NCBI GenBank assembly: GCA_965207975.1
Contig: OZ242315.1
Span: 4,106,449 to 4,170,448 of the forward strand
DNA from: Candidatus Poribacteria bacterium
Lineage (GTDB): Bacteria; Poribacteria; WGA-4E; PCPOR2b
Direction of reading: 5' to 3'
DNA: 64,000 nucleotides
The notes under the pieces are model-generated. The model saw only the letters and a program-made list of their open reading frames with translations, was not told the DNA's origin and made no database searches. The position numbers and the translations under genes were made by a program. Of the stretch, positions 30,176 through 42,233 are shown piece after piece. The stretch's first letter is position 1. Every line of letters starts with the position of its first letter.

Positions 30176-33100
30176 ATGCCCCAGCCCGTTAAGAAATATG
30201 ACAAACCCGTCAAATATTATGGTAAACGCGAACGATTGTCTTATGGAAAAATTCCAGAGATTATGGATCTCCCAGATCTCATTGAGGTTCAAAAATCCTC
30301 CTACGAAGAATTCCTGCAACGAAATGCCCCACCAGAAGAACGGAAAGATAAGGGTCTACAAGCGGTTTTCAACGAAATCTTTCCGATTCCCGACTTCAGC
30401 GAAACTTCTGAGCTCCAGTTCGTTAATTATTCACTAGGGGTCCCGAAATATGACATTAATGAATGCCAATCTCGTGGATTCAGTTATGCGCTGCCGGTAA
30501 AAGTTTGTGTCCGATTGGTTCTCAGAGAAAAAGATGAGGATACCGGTGAAAATCAGCTTATTGACATAAAAGAAAACGAAGTTTATATGGGCGAAATCCC
30601 GCTCATGACGGAAAACGGTACTTTCATTATCAATGGCTCTGAACGAGTGATTGTCAGTCAGTTACAGCGATCGCCCGGTGCAACGTTTGGGGAAGATACC
30701 CATACCAGTGGGCAGATACTCAACACTGCGCGGATTATCCCGTACCGTGGTGCGTGGATTGAGTTTGAGTACGACATCAAGGACATGATTTACGTCCGCC
30801 TCGATCGACGCAAAAAAATGCTCGTAACCGTTCTGCTACGGGCACTGAGTTGGGAAACGGATGAAACCATCCTCAAACTGTATGCTAAAACAGAACAGGC
30901 TAAGCTCGACAACTCCCTAGTTGATCGAGTAACCGCTGCTCCTATCAAACATCCTGCCACCGACGAGCTTTTGCTTGAAGCGAATATGGAGTTGACGCAA
31001 GAGCAAATTGATGAATTGCGTGAGGCAAAAGTCAAAGAAGTTGAGGTTTTAGATGCAGATGATGAGGAAGAGATCCGTTTCCTGCGGAATACGCTCAAGC
31101 GCGATCTCCAATCAGATTATAATCTGCCGCTAATTTTTGAAGTGTCGTCAGACGAGGGCTCGTCGGATCTCGAAAATGATTTGACGGCTGGTGAACTAGT
31201 ATCGGATGCATGGCACCAACAGTTTAAGGATAATGGTGCTGCTCTATCCTCCTCCGCAACTGTGCAAGTATTGACAGAGGGACGATATCGTATATCCAAC
31301 AAAACTAGTAGAGATAACTTTACCATTGAGAAAGCAGGGGATACTCTCAAAGTCTATCGCGGTACTATCCAAGACCTTGCAGTCGTTGAGATATTTCGTA
31401 AGATGCAACCGGGTGATCCGCCTACGATCGATAGTGCACACAACCGATTTGAGAAGCTATTTTTCGATGACGTACGTTATGATCTTGCAGCAGTAGGACG
31501 GTATAAACTCAATGAAAAGTTAGGTAATCTCTCCCTGTATCGGAACGGAGATGAAGAAGTAAATGAGGAGCGAGTGCTGCGCAAAGAGGACATCGCCGCG
31601 GTGCTCCAATACCTGATACAAGTACAGAACGGAGAGGGAGAGATGGACGATATCGATCACCTCGGTAATCGTCGAGTTCGAGCTGTCGGTGAACTGTTGC
31701 AGAATCAGGTACGGATGGGAATGTTGCGAGTGACTCGCGCAACGCGAGAGCGATTGACGGTTCAAGACTTGGAGAATGTAACCCCCGCCGACCTGATTAA
31801 CCCTAAACCGTTGACCGCTGCAATTAAAGACTTCTTCGGTTCGAGCCAACTGTCCCAATTTATGCAGCAAGCCAATCCGCTAGACGAATTAACCCATAAA
31901 CGCCGCTTGAGTGCGCTGGGACCTGGTGGACTGCATCGGGAACGTGCGACCTTTGAGGTGCGAGATGTTCATCGAACTCACTACGGACGGGTCTGTCCAA
32001 TTGAGACACCTGAAGGTCCATCCGTCGGGCTAATTGTTTCCCTAAGTACCTACGCACGGGTAAACGCCTACGGTTTTATGGAGACACCCTATCGCAAGGT
32101 CTCGAAAGGCAAAGCAACAGATCAGATTGATTACTTGGCTGCGGATAAGGAAGATACGTTCACCATCGCGCAAGCGCATGCTGTCCTTGATGAGAAAGGA
32201 ACAATGGAAGGCGACATGATGGTGACACGACACAAGGACGATTTTCCGCGGAAGTCAGCGCCAGAAATTGATTATATTGATGTTTCCCCCAAGCAGATCG
32301 TCGGTGTCTCTGCTGCACTCATCCCTTTCCTTGAGCACAATGACGCGAACCGCGCCTTGATGGGGAGTAACATGCAGCGACAAGCTGTGCCGCTCATCCG
32401 CCCGGAGGCTCCACTGATTGGAACGGGCATGGAACATAAAGCCGCTCGTGATTCTGGGGCGGTTGTGCTAGCAAAGCGGGATGGCGTTGTGGAAAGCGTG
32501 TCCGCCGCTGAAATCATTATTCGTACCGATGATGCCTTCCGGATTGCTGGTGGGGAACAGTCGTTCAGTGAAATGGGCTACGATGTATACCGCTTGACGA
32601 CCTTCAAGCGATCGAATAGTGGTACTAGTCTCCATCAACGTCCGTGTGTAGACGTCGGCGAAGAGATAAAAGCGGGTCAAGTGATTGCCGATGGAACCTC
32701 CACCGAAAATGGAGAACTCGCCCTCGGAAACAATATCCTAATAGCATTCATGTCTTGGGAAGGATATAATTATGAAGATGCCATCCTCCTCAACGAGTCG
32801 CTCATCACCGACGATACCTACACCTCCATCCACATTGAAGAATTTGAGGTAGAAGCGCGTGATACAAAGATGGGACGTGAGGAAATTACGCGTGATATTC
32901 CCAATGTTTCTGAGGAAGCTTTGGCGCAATTAGATGAGGAGGGTATTATTCGCATCGGTTCGCTGGTCCGTCCCGGAAGCATTCTGGTCGGCAAGGTAAC
33001 ACCGAAGGGCGAAAGCGACCTCGGACCCGAAGAAAAACTGCTGCGCGCCATCTTTGGTGAGAAGGTTGGCGAGGTACGGGACGCTTCTAAATATGTCAAA

Positions 33101-34312
33101 CCCGGCACAGAAGGGGTTGTGGTTGATGTTAAGGTTTTCTCACGAAAAGAGCGAGAGCCTGACCGTCAAACGAGACTGCGGGAGCTTGCCAAAGAAAAAG
33201 AGGTAGAGAAGGACTGGGAAGCAAAACGTGGGTTGATTAACCAACGCAAGAACGCCGAAATTCGCAACGCATTGCTCGGTAAGAAACTCGCTAGCAGTGT
33301 CTCTGACGACACAGACCTCATTGCTAGGAGAGGAAGAATTGTCACAGAAGAGTTGCTGGATGCAGGGGTTCCGCTGGAGCACTTCCATGTTACGGATACT
33401 GATGCAATGGAGCTCATTGAGCGCATTGAACAGTTGGCGCAAGGACGGCTTAGAGATCTGGAGGAGGAAAGGGACGCTCAGATTGAGAAAATTCGCAAGG
33501 GAGATGAGTTGAAGCCAGGCGTTCTCAAGCTGGTGAAAGTGTATGTGGCGACCCGCCGAAAGATTTCGGTCGGTGACAAAATGTCCGGCAGACACGGCAA
33601 CAAAGGGGTCGTTTCAAAGATTCTTCCACAAGAGGATATGCCCTATCTGGAAGACGGTACACCAATCCAGATTATCATGAATCCATTGGGAGTTCCTGGT
33701 CGGATGAATGCGGGACAGATTCTGGAGACACATTTGGGCAGAGCGGCTAGGGAGCTTGGCTTATATATTGCCACACCGGTCTTCGATGGTGCGGAGGAGC
33801 CGGAGATCCGTAAGCTCTTAAAAGAGGCTGGTTTGCCAGAACATGGGAAAGCCAAGTTGTATGATGGTCGCACCGGGGAACCGTTTGCTCAAGAAGTTAC
33901 CGTCGGATATACTTACATTCTCAAACTCAATCACTTGGTGGATGATAAAATTCACGCCCGCAGCACGGGCCCCTATTCGTTGGTGACTCAACAGCCACTC
34001 GGTGGTAAAGCGCAGCAAGGTGGTCAACGTCTCGGCGAAATGGAAGTATGGGCATTGGAAGCGTACGGTGCTGCGTACACCCTGCAAGAATTACTCACAA
34101 TTAAGTCCGATGATGTCGTTGGAAGAAGCAAAATCTACGAAGCTGTTGTCAAAGGGGAGAATGCCCCTGCGCCGGGCACTCCAGAATCATTCAACGTCCT
34201 TGTGAAGGAATTGCAAAGCCTATGTCTGGATGTGGACTTAGAGCAAACATCTGATGATCTAGATACTTTTGACCTAGCCCCTGAGGATTGGGAGTCGGAA
34301 CATGAGATCTGA
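30176..34312 (+). CDS. rpoB: RNA polymerase beta subunit
   Basis: [49 protein letters not shown]. Confidence 0.99.
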   Translation: MPQPVKKYDKPVKYYGKRERLSYGKIPEIMDLPDLIEVQKSSYEEFLQRNAPPEERKDKGLQAVFNEIFPIPDFSETSELQFVNYSLGVPKYDINECQSRGFSYALPVKVCVRLVLREKDEDTGENQLIDIKENEVYMGEIPLMTENGTFIINGSERVIVSQLQRSPGATFGEDTHTSGQILNTARIIPYRGAWIEFEYDIKDMIYVRLDRRKKMLVTVLLRALSWETDETILKLYAKTEQAKLDNSLVDRVTAAPIKHPATDELLLEANMELTQEQIDELREAKVKEVEVLDADDEEEIRFLRNTLKRDLQSDYNLPLIFEVSSDEGSSDLENDLTAGELVSDAWHQQFKDNGAALSSSATVQVLTEGRYRISNKTSRDNFTIEKAGDTLKVYRGTIQDLAVVEIFRKMQPGDPPTIDSAHNRFEKLFFDDVRYDLAAVGRYKLNEKLGNLSLYRNGDEEVNEERVLRKEDIAAVLQYLIQVQNGEGEMDDIDHLGNRRVRAVGELLQNQVRMGMLRVTRATRERLTVQDLENVTPADLINPKPLTAAIKDFFGSSQLSQFMQQANPLDELTHKRRLSALGPGGLHRERATFEVRDVHRTHYGRVCPIETPEGPSVGLIVSLSTYARVNAYGFMETPYRKVSKGKATDQIDYLAADKEDTFTIAQAHAVLDEKGTMEGDMMVTRHKDDFPRKSAPEIDYIDVSPKQIVGVSAALIPFLEHNDANRALMGSNMQRQAVPLIRPEAPLIGTGMEHKAARDSGAVVLAKRDGVVESVSAAEIIIRTDDAFRIAGGEQSFSEMGYDVYRLTTFKRSNSGTSLHQRPCVDVGEEIKAGQVIADGTSTENGELALGNNILIAFMSWEGYNYEDAILLNESLITDDTYTSIHIEEFEVEARDTKMGREEITRDIPNVSEEALAQLDEEGIIRIGSLVRPGSILVGKVTPKGESDLGPEEKLLRAIFGEKVGEVRDASKYVKPGTEGVVVDVKVFSRKEREPDRQTRLRELAKEKEVEKDWEAKRGLINQRKNAEIRNALLGKKLASSVSDDTDLIARRGRIVTEELLDAGVPLEHFHVTDTDAMELIERIEQLAQGRLRDLEEERDAQIEKIRKGDELKPGVLKLVKVYVATRRKISVGDKMSGRHGNKGVVSKILPQEDMPYLEDGTPIQIIMNPLGVPGRMNAGQILETHLGRAARELGLYIATPVFDGAEEPEIRKLLKEAGLPEHGKAKLYDGRTGEPFAQEVTVGYTYILKLNHLVDDKIHARSTGPYSLVTQQPLGGKAQQGGQRLGEMEVWALEAYGAAYTLQELLTIKSDDVVGRSKIYEAVVKGENAPAPGTPESFNVLVKELQSLCLDVDLEQTSDDLDTFDLAPEDWESEHEI

Positions 34313-34580
34313 TTCAGCCGCTCAGGGACTTAAGATATCCAACCTACAAAAAAGTTGCCCCATGCCTAAAAGCTAATGCGGATCTTAATCTGATTTCGTT
34401 ACGCTGATATTGCGAAGTTGTCCCGATCGGATCGGGATACTTCCAACGTCATGGATTTGGAATTCGCTTGGTAAATGGGGTTTACAGCTGCTCACACCAA
34501 GGCGAAAGCATCACACTACTAAATCAGTGCTTAATTTTCAATTGCCGATTGCCAACTGTCAATACTAAGGGAGAACAGCC

Positions 34581-37500
34581 ATGTCAAATCAAATCCGAGA
34601 ACAAACGACACAGTCGGGAAATCTAAACAATTTTGATGCAATTTCAATCCGGATTGCTGCGCCAGAACACATTAAGGAATGGTCAAAAAAGACAGCATGT
34701 CATCAACGAACTAGTGGCTGTGCAACAAGTAACTGTGCATGCGGCGAAGTACGGAAACCTGAAACGATTAACTATCGTACATTTCGCCCCGAACGAGATG
34801 GCTTGTTCTGTGAGGCGATTTTCGGACCGCAAAAGGACTGGGAATGCGGCTGCGGTAAGTACAAGCGGATTAAACATAAAGGGGTAATATGTGACCGATG
34901 CGGTGTTGAAGTTACCCAACAGAAGGTACGTCGTGAACGGATGGGGTATATCGAATTAGCAGCACCGGTATCGCACATCTGGTTTTTCAAGGGACTGCCT
35001 TCTCGGATCGGGTTATTTTTAGACCTCCCATTTCGTGATATTGAACGTGTCATCTATTTTGAGTCGTTCATTGTATTAGAGATTAATGACCCGGACTGTG
35101 AGTTAGAGGTAAAACAGCTCCTGACAGAGGAGGAGTACACAGAATACCAAAATAAATTTCCCAATAGTTTCCGTGCAGGTATGGGGGCAGATGCGATTCG
35201 AGAGTTGCTCGAACAGATTGATCTAGATCAGGAAATCGAAACCCTGCGTGCAGAACTCGAAGCGACCGCAAGTAAACAGAAATCTCGAAAGCTGTCCAAG
35301 CGGCTCAAACTGGTCATGGGCTTCAAAAAGTCCGGGAATCTGCCACATTGGATGATTCTTACGGTAATTCCGGTAATACCACCGGACCTGCGCCCGTTGG
35401 TTGCTCTCGACGGTGGCCGGTTTGCTACTAGCGATTTGAACGATCTGTATCGGCGCGTTATTAATCGGAACAACCGTCTGAAACGCCTGATGGAACTCCG
35501 TGCACCGGAAGTGATTATCCGCAATGAAAAACGGATGCTCCAAGAAGCGGTAGATGCGCTGCTGGACAATGGTCGCCATGGTCGCATGGTACGGGGCCCG
35601 GGCAATCGCCCCCTCAAATCCCTCTCCGATATGCTCAAAGGGAAGCCGGGACGTTTTCGTCAAAACCTGCTGGGCAAACGGGTGGACTATTCGGGACGAA
35701 CGGTCATCGTGGTTGGACCCGAACTCCAGTTGCATCAGTGTGGTTTGCCGAAGAAGATGGCATTGGAACTGTTCAAGCCGTTTATCATTCATAAGTTGCA
35801 GGCGAAGGGCTATGCTCATACTATTAAACGAGCCAAAAATATGGCGGAGCAGGTCACAGAGGAGGTATGGGAGGTGTTGGAAGAGGTAATTGATGAGCAT
35901 CCAGTGCTTCTGAACCGTGCGCCAACACTCCACCGACTCGGAATTCAAGCGTTCCAACCTGTACTTGTGGAGGGGAAAGCTATTCGCATCAATCCACTGG
36001 TGTGTGAGGCGTTCAATGCTGATTTTGATGGCGACCAGATGGCGGTGCATGTGCCATTGAGTGTTGAGGCACAGGTTGAGGCAAAACTACTGATGATGGC
36101 GACACGAAACCTGCTCAAACCTGCACACGGTGGAGCTATTGCAGTGCCGAACCGGGATGTCGCGATGGGAGTTAGCTTCCTTACGAAGGCTGTTCCAGAG
36201 GAGGATTGGGAGAAAGCGTGCAAAGTGCCAACCCCACGCACCTATCGGGATACGGAAGAGATCATGCTTGCACACGATTGCGGTGCACTCGGATTGCATG
36301 ATCCCGTAAAGCTTTGCTTTGAGGGAGCAGCGCAGCCAATTGTAACAACAGTAGGACGGGTAATCTTTAATCAGGCTCTCCCTGATACGCTACTGTTCAC
36401 CGATGCCAAGACGCAGCAAACGTTGCCATTTGCCAACCAAGAGATGGGGTCTCGCGATCTTTCAGACTTAGTATCTCGTGCTTTTGAGGAATTGGGTAAT
36501 CGCCAAACTGTCGCGTTTATAGATGACCTGAAGCGGCTCGGCTTTCATTATGCAACGCTAGGTGGGATTTCTATTGCCATGCAGGACATGATCATCCCGC
36601 GTGAGAAGGCGGAGTTAATAAGGGAAGCGCGAAAGCAGGTGGAGCAGATCGAGGCCGATTACCAGAGAGGCGACATGGGCATGAGCGAGGGTGAACGGTA
36701 CAACAAAGTGATTGATGTCTGGCATCAACTGATTGAACAAATTGAAACCGCCCTGTTTGATGGACTGGAACAGGGACGTGATGATGAAATTGAAGGATTC
36801 AATCCCGTTCATATCATGGTGGACTCCGGCGCGATTTCCCGAAGCAAGCGGGATTCAATTCGTCAGTTGGCAGGCTTGCGCGGCTTGATGGCAAAGCCCT
36901 CTGGAGAGATTATCGAGCAGCCGATTGAATCTTGCTTCCACGAAGGATTGTCAGTGCTTGAATATTTCATCTCGACGCACGGTGCGCGCAAGGGACTTGC
37001 CGATACCGCTATTAAGACAGCGAGTAGCGGCTACCTGACGCGGAAGTTGGTTGATGTTGCACAAGATGTCATGATAACAACTATCGACTGCGGAACGCTT
37101 GGAGGTATTACCAAGACGACAGACGAAGAAGAGGAAAGTCCACTTTCAGAACGGATTTTTGGACGCACAGCTGCCGATGACATTATCGACTTGAGCACAG
37201 GCGAAGTACTAGTGCCAAAGGATGAGTTGATTACCCAACAAGCAGCAAAGCAAGTCGAAGCTGTTGGTATCCCTAAAGTCCGTGTGCGATCTGTGTTGAC
37301 ATGCGAAGCCCGATACGGTGCTTGTGCAAAATGTTACGGCACCGATTTAACAAGCAATCATCTCGTAGATGTTGGTGAGGCGATTGGTATCATCGCAGCG
37401 CAATCGATCGGGGAGCCGGGAACGCAGCTGACGATGCGGACGTTCCACACAGGCGGCACTGTCAGTGGTGGTGGGTCCCAATCGAGGATTGAGGCTCGGC

Positions 37501-38912
37501 ATGATGGGACGGTTCAATATCATAATGTCAGATTTATTGAACGCCCTGTTGAAGCGGGTTCGTCAAAGGGTCAGATGGTGATTTCACTTCAAGAGGAAAC
37601 AGAAAAAATTGTCCTTTCCCGAAATGCACAAGTTTGGATTGTTGATGACAACGGATATACGGTGGAGCGGCATACCGCTGATGTTGGTGCGCGATTGTAC
37701 GTCGAAGATGGGCAAGCAGTAACTAAAGGGAACTCCCAAAATGGCGAACAAGCAACGCTGCTGCTTGAGTGGGATCCGTATCAAGTACCGATTCTGACGG
37801 AACATGCCGGACACGTTGTGTTCAAGAACATTGATAAAGGCAAAACAGCGCGTGAGGAAAGAACCTCTGGCTCAGCAGAGTGGGTCATTATTGAACACAG
37901 AGGCGAAGATCAGCCACAAATTGAGATTCAGGACGATGCCGGGGAGGTCTTGATTAGCTATCAGATGCCGACAGGGGCATACCTTTCGGTTCCTGTTAAG
38001 GAACTGGAAGAGAATGAAACTGTTTTGGAGCCTGCTAAAGAGCAGGTGGAACAGGGAGCGGTCTTGGCACGGCTGCCGCGTGAAAAAGGGCAGAGTCGAG
38101 ACATTGTAACAGGGTTGCCACGGGTCACTGAGCTCTTTGAGGCGCGGCGACCGAAGGACACCGCTGTTATCTCTAAGATTAAAGGGGTGGTTGAGTTGGA
38201 AAGTGCCAGCCGTGGTGTACGCATCCTGCGTGTGGTGGAAGGGGATGATCAGGAAAGCCATCGCATTCCACAGGGCAAACACCTAATTGTGCAGAATAAT
38301 GATAGGGTCGCTGCCGGGGAACGGTTAACAGATGGCCCCATCAACCCGCACGATATCCTCGAGGTAAGTGGGGAGGAGGCGGTACAGAACTACTTGGTCA
38401 ATGAGGTTCAAGATGTGTACAGAATACAGGGCGAGCGCATCAACGACAAACACATTGAAGTCATTGTGCGACAGATGCTGAGTAAGGTAGAAATCGAAGA
38501 ACCGGGTGATACCGAATTTCTCGAAGAAGAGGAAATAGAACGTACGACTTTCAATCGATCGAATCGCCAGGTTATTGAAAACGGTGGGCAACCTGCGACA
38601 GCAAGACCGATCTTACAGGGAATCACGAAGGCATCCCTGTCCACGGAAAGCTTCATCTCTGCCGCTTCGTTCCAGCAGACGACCAATGTACTAACGAGAG
38701 CTTCGGTTATTGGCAAACGAGATCGGCTCGTCGGTCTGAAGGAAAATGTCATTATGGGACATCTTATCCCGGCGGGTACAGGCGTATCTAAGTTTCGGAA
38801 GATTCGCGCCTTCCCGACAAGCGAAGCACAACTTGAATCCAATGCGGATTCAGAGCAACCTGAGTTTACCGATTCTCTAGCGTCTCAGGTTGATGAACCG
38901 GCAGCGGATTGA
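34581..38912 (+). CDS. rpoC: RNA polymerase beta' subunit
   Basis: Zn finger, [10 protein letters not shown], catalytic [15 protein letters not shown]. Confidence 0.99.
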   Translation: MSNQIREQTTQSGNLNNFDAISIRIAAPEHIKEWSKKTACHQRTSGCATSNCACGEVRKPETINYRTFRPERDGLFCEAIFGPQKDWECGCGKYKRIKHKGVICDRCGVEVTQQKVRRERMGYIELAAPVSHIWFFKGLPSRIGLFLDLPFRDIERVIYFESFIVLEINDPDCELEVKQLLTEEEYTEYQNKFPNSFRAGMGADAIRELLEQIDLDQEIETLRAELEATASKQKSRKLSKRLKLVMGFKKSGNLPHWMILTVIPVIPPDLRPLVALDGGRFATSDLNDLYRRVINRNNRLKRLMELRAPEVIIRNEKRMLQEAVDALLDNGRHGRMVRGPGNRPLKSLSDMLKGKPGRFRQNLLGKRVDYSGRTVIVVGPELQLHQCGLPKKMALELFKPFIIHKLQAKGYAHTIKRAKNMAEQVTEEVWEVLEEVIDEHPVLLNRAPTLHRLGIQAFQPVLVEGKAIRINPLVCEAFNADFDGDQMAVHVPLSVEAQVEAKLLMMATRNLLKPAHGGAIAVPNRDVAMGVSFLTKAVPEEDWEKACKVPTPRTYRDTEEIMLAHDCGALGLHDPVKLCFEGAAQPIVTTVGRVIFNQALPDTLLFTDAKTQQTLPFANQEMGSRDLSDLVSRAFEELGNRQTVAFIDDLKRLGFHYATLGGISIAMQDMIIPREKAELIREARKQVEQIEADYQRGDMGMSEGERYNKVIDVWHQLIEQIETALFDGLEQGRDDEIEGFNPVHIMVDSGAISRSKRDSIRQLAGLRGLMAKPSGEIIEQPIESCFHEGLSVLEYFISTHGARKGLADTAIKTASSGYLTRKLVDVAQDVMITTIDCGTLGGITKTTDEEEESPLSERIFGRTAADDIIDLSTGEVLVPKDELITQQAAKQVEAVGIPKVRVRSVLTCEARYGACAKCYGTDLTSNHLVDVGEAIGIIAAQSIGEPGTQLTMRTFHTGGTVSGGGSQSRIEARHDGTVQYHNVRFIERPVEAGSSKGQMVISLQEETEKIVLSRNAQVWIVDDNGYTVERHTADVGARLYVEDGQAVTKGNSQNGEQATLLLEWDPYQVPILTEHAGHVVFKNIDKGKTAREERTSGSAEWVIIEHRGEDQPQIEIQDDAGEVLISYQMPTGAYLSVPVKELEENETVLEPAKEQVEQGAVLARLPREKGQSRDIVTGLPRVTELFEARRPKDTAVISKIKGVVELESASRGVRILRVVEGDDQESHRIPQGKHLIVQNNDRVAAGERLTDGPINPHDILEVSGEEAVQNYLVNEVQDVYRIQGERINDKHIEVIVRQMLSKVEIEEPGDTEFLEEEEIERTTFNRSNRQVIENGGQPATARPILQGITKASLSTESFISAASFQQTTNVLTRASVIGKRDRLVGLKENVIMGHLIPAGTGVSKFRKIRAFPTSEAQLESNADSEQPEFTDSLASQVDEPAAD

Positions 38913-38937
38913 GCGAGAGATTCTCACCTGCACACTT

Positions 38938-39783
38938 TCATTTTTTTACGGCAGTTGAGAGAAAGTTGTCCAATACCTTCCATGAGTCGATGAGCAGAAT
39001 GGTTCCTTGATAACGCCGTGAAGCATCAAATCGCGTTCCCTCTTGGAGACGTTGGGTTGGGAGGCGAAACCGTTCAATCGTTTGCATTGCTGTGGGGTTC
39101 TGCCCAATCAGCACCCCTAAATCTGCATCGAGGATAGCGAGAAAGTCTGAGATCGAATCTCCAATATACAGCGTCCGTTTCACTCCCCCGTCCCCGACTT
39201 CGTCGGGGTTCGGGGGATTTTTTTTTCGTTCTCTGAACTTTCTCAGTTTATCCCGTGCCGAAACGACACTCAGATGGATGTTCCCGGTTGAACGTCCTGC
39301 CACGTCATACTGTAAACTGTTGGTGATTATCTGATCGTGTAGCCCCGCTGTTGCTCCTTCGATCAAAGCCTTCGACCAGTTGGCTGATAAAATCTCAACT
39401 TCAACCCCCTCCGATCGCATAGCTGACAACACTCGATCAACCCCTGCTTTCTTGGTGATATTCCGCCCAACCGTTCTTAATCCTTCCTTTGTTAATCCTT
39501 CCAGAAAGCTTTTCGCTATCACCCGTTGTATGGATACTGTTTCTAGTTCCTCAAAGGATTTTAGGAAATCGACAAGTGAATGTCGATGATTCTGCCACGC
39601 ATCGCATACCCTATGATATCGCGTCAAAAACCATTCCACCATCTCCTGCCAAGCTGCGAGAAACTCTTCTTTCTCATGCACACGGTTGTCAGCCGCTGTA
39701 TGCACAAGTGTGCTGATAGTATCCCGTTCCGATATCGTTTCGTCAAAATCGGTGATGAGTTTATCGATTGGGTATTTTGGCAT
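38938..39783 (-). CDS. HAD-superfamily phosphatase
   Basis: DFDETIS motif I, LSANWS motif II, YIGDSISD motif IV. Confidence 0.85.
   Translation of the reverse strand: MPKYPIDKLITDFDETISERDTISTLVHTAADNRVHEKEEFLAAWQEMVEWFLTRYHRVCDAWQNHRHSLVDFLKSFEELETVSIQRVIAKSFLEGLTKEGLRTVGRNITKKAGVDRVLSAMRSEGVEVEILSANWSKALIEGATAGLHDQIITNSLQYDVAGRSTGNIHLSVVSARDKLRKFRERKKNPPNPDEVGDGGVKRTLYIGDSISDFLAILDADLGVLIGQNPTAMQTIERFRLPTQRLQEGTRFDASRRYQGTILLIDSWKVLDNFLSTAVKK
39184..39217. repeat. Intragenic GC-rich palindrome, in frame inside the HAD gene
   Basis: TCCCCCG-T-CCCCGAC-TTC-GTCGGGG-TT-CGGGGGA. Confidence 0.75.
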
Positions 39784-39808
39784 ACAGTGTTGCTCTTGGA
39801 TTGTCTTA

Positions 39809-40828
39809 CTATGGCTTAAATTGTACCACTAATTTCTCTGCCCATGCCTGGTTAGCGTCAATGGTCCGTCCGGCGTTATGGGGCGTGTGGACGACGTTAT
39901 GCCGGCCCAGAAGGGGATCATCTAACGGAAGCGGTTCGACATCCCAGACATCGGCAGCAAGGCTCAATTCGTCGGCAAGAACCCGCCTTCGCACCGCCTC
40001 CATATCGCAGATCCCTGCACGCGTTGCCAGAACTACTAAACAACCTTTTGGCAGGGCGTTGATATGCTCTGCGGTGACGATGCCCCGCGTTGATTCTAGC
40101 AAAGGCACCATCGGTGCGAAGATTTCAGCGTCTTTAACCAATTCAGAAAGGTGCCACTCCTTCCGAGAACCTGCCCGATGAAAACAGGGCTCACTCGCGT
40201 ACGGGTCCCAGACCGCTACATCTGCACCCAGCATGTGCACAAAGCTGGCGTAGCGACTGCTGATGTTTCCTGCACCGACAATACGCACCCGTTTCCCCGC
40301 AATCGTGCCACTGGTAAAGTTTGAATCATCACCAAACTGATGTCCACGCCCCCCAGGAGTACCCATGCCGTTGGGGGCTTCGTAATCCCAAGGTACTAGA
40401 CTGCTGAGAATTGCACGGTGTAGTTGTGGAATACGGCGCAATCCGCACAGCGTCAACGCAAGAGCGTATTCCGACACAGTTTGGCCCCAAAATCCCTCGG
40501 TCGGATGGTTATAAACCGTGATTCCTGCCTGCTGGATATGTTCCTGGATCGGTCCTTCTGATACACTACTTCCGTAGCTACCTTGAAAGGTCGCCTCCTC
40601 TAGTCCCGTAAAACGCTGCAAACATTCCAACGTCACGGGCACACTAAGACACGCGAGCCGTTTAATTTCAGCGGGGTTTGAGGCAATCTCGCCAAGATTT
40701 CGCTCATCGCTGGGTTCGAGGCGTATGAATTCGACATCTCCCTGTGCCTGCCACAGTGTGTGGAAGTGATCTGCTGCAAAGGGCCAAACGCCGTCAAAAC
40801 GGGGATGGACAACTATTAAGCTGTTCAT
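39809..40828 (-). CDS. D-isomer-specific 2-hydroxyacid dehydrogenase family protein
   Basis: GAGNI, VPLLESTRG, ATRAG, ADVWDVEP, TPHNAG. Confidence 0.88.
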   Translation of the reverse strand: MNSLIVVHPRFDGVWPFAADHFHTLWQAQGDVEFIRLEPSDERNLGEIASNPAEIKRLACLSVPVTLECLQRFTGLEEATFQGSYGSSVSEGPIQEHIQQAGITVYNHPTEGFWGQTVSEYALALTLCGLRRIPQLHRAILSSLVPWDYEAPNGMGTPGGRGHQFGDDSNFTSGTIAGKRVRIVGAGNISSRYASFVHMLGADVAVWDPYASEPCFHRAGSRKEWHLSELVKDAEIFAPMVPLLESTRGIVTAEHINALPKGCLVVLATRAGICDMEAVRRRVLADELSLAADVWDVEPLPLDDPLLGRHNVVHTPHNAGRTIDANQAWAEKLVVQFKP

Positions 40829-40979
40829 TAATTAATGCTCCTTTCTGCTACTAATTTTTGATCAAGCCTCGCCTCACTCTGATTAACTATACGATTTTGC
40901 GAGGAGGCTTAATAATTTTGTCGTGATAAGAAGACATAGGTCTTTCGGTCTAGATCGGGTATGCGTCCCATGTTGGGAA

Positions 40980-42038
40980 TTAAATCCCTGTAAATAATCT
41001 AATATAGGTCCGAGCGACTTTCAGATCCTCCAACGCTTCCTCCGAGGTGCAGGGCGGCTCAGTCTCTCCCTTGATGGCTGTTACGAAATTAATCGCTTGC
41101 TGTCGCATGGCGTGTACTGAAGGGAATTGTGGCACTATGGTCTCTGGGGAAATGCCCTCGCCGGGGTCACGTAGTATTTCAACACGACCGGGACGATTGC
41201 TCGCTAACGGTGCCGGCAGTTCAATTTTCACGTAACCCCGCTCAAAACACACAAGCGCAGATTCCTGCCAATCAATCGTTGTGCTGTAAGGAGACATTTC
41301 AATGGTGCAGGCGATGCCGTTCTCGCTCTGTCCCGCTAGTAGTACGCCAGAAGGATCGGCATAAGTGACCGTGTAGGGTTCTCCAAGCAGGTAGCGCATC
41401 AGATTGATCTGATGAATATAATAGTTGACGAAACCGTTATACTGATTGCGGACTTCGTCATTCATGCCGGCGGCGGGGGGATCCCACTCCAGTGAAGGGA
41501 TAGGGGAGTCATCTCGAATCAGGTCATTAAAACCACTCGCCACCCAATCTCCCGAAGGCATTAGGATACGAACATACGTCATTTTTCCAAGTTCACCCGA
41601 TGCTTTGAAACGCTCGATTTCCGTCTTTGCGTACATCGTTGCTAAGTCGCTGCGTTTGTGATAGCCGACCATGTGCCAGGTCCCGCTCGTCCTCATAGCA
41701 TCCACAATTTTTTCGCCCGCTTCGATGGAAGCGGCAAGTGGTTTTTCAGTAAAGACGGGGACCCCTGCCTTGAGAAGTTCAGGTACAAGTATCCCGTATC
41801 GACCAAAGGGTTGGGCAGCCACAATACCATCCAACGCTTCGTTTTGCAACATCTCTTCGTGTGTAGGATAGGTATTTGGGACACCGTATCGGGCGGCGAC
41901 TTTTTGACGCAGGGACTCGCGTATCTCGGCAATCGCAACTACCTGACAAATATCCAGATTTGCATAGTTCTTCAGGTGAGCGCATTGTCCCATGTTGCCA
42001 ACACCGACGAATCCAATCCTAACTTTCTGCTCCGACAT
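40980..42038 (-). CDS. Gfo/Idh/MocA oxidoreductase
   Basis: GFVGVGNMG, FTEKP, GYHKR. Confidence 0.9.
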   Translation of the reverse strand: MSEQKVRIGFVGVGNMGQCAHLKNYANLDICQVVAIAEIRESLRQKVAARYGVPNTYPTHEEMLQNEALDGIVAAQPFGRYGILVPELLKAGVPVFTEKPLAASIEAGEKIVDAMRTSGTWHMVGYHKRSDLATMYAKTEIERFKASGELGKMTYVRILMPSGDWVASGFNDLIRDDSPIPSLEWDPPAAGMNDEVRNQYNGFVNYYIHQINLMRYLLGEPYTVTYADPSGVLLAGQSENGIACTIEMSPYSTTIDWQESALVCFERGYVKIELPAPLASNRPGRVEILRDPGEGISPETIVPQFPSVHAMRQQAINFVTAIKGETEPPCTSEEALEDLKVARTYIRLFTGI

Positions 42039-42121
42039 ACTATGATTCCTTTCTGAAGCCTATCTTATCAGATTTGCCAGACACGGTCAATCCCAAAGTA
42101 GCGTCCCGTTCGCCGATGGTG

Positions 42122-42150
42122 TTGACAAACTTTCTCAGTACCTTTATAAT
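42122..42150 (+). promoter_or_regulatory. Consensus sigma70 promoter
   Basis: TTGACA-17 bp-TATAAT. Confidence 0.8.
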
Positions 42151-42233
42151 GAGCCTCTACCTGACGAAATAGACATGTCGAATCATCTACAAATCATTAA
42201 TCTACAATCTATAATAATTAGAGGAGGTCGATA

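Noticed and set aside
31110-31362. Intein in RpoB (NrdJ also checked)
   Set aside because: No C/S start with HN-C/S/T end and no LAGLIDADG motifs
35223-36050. Long antisense ORFs within rpoC, rpoB, fusA and nrdJ (e.g. 275 aa here, 249 aa at 24045-24794)
   Set aside because: Shadow frames of conserved genes with no motifs or RBS
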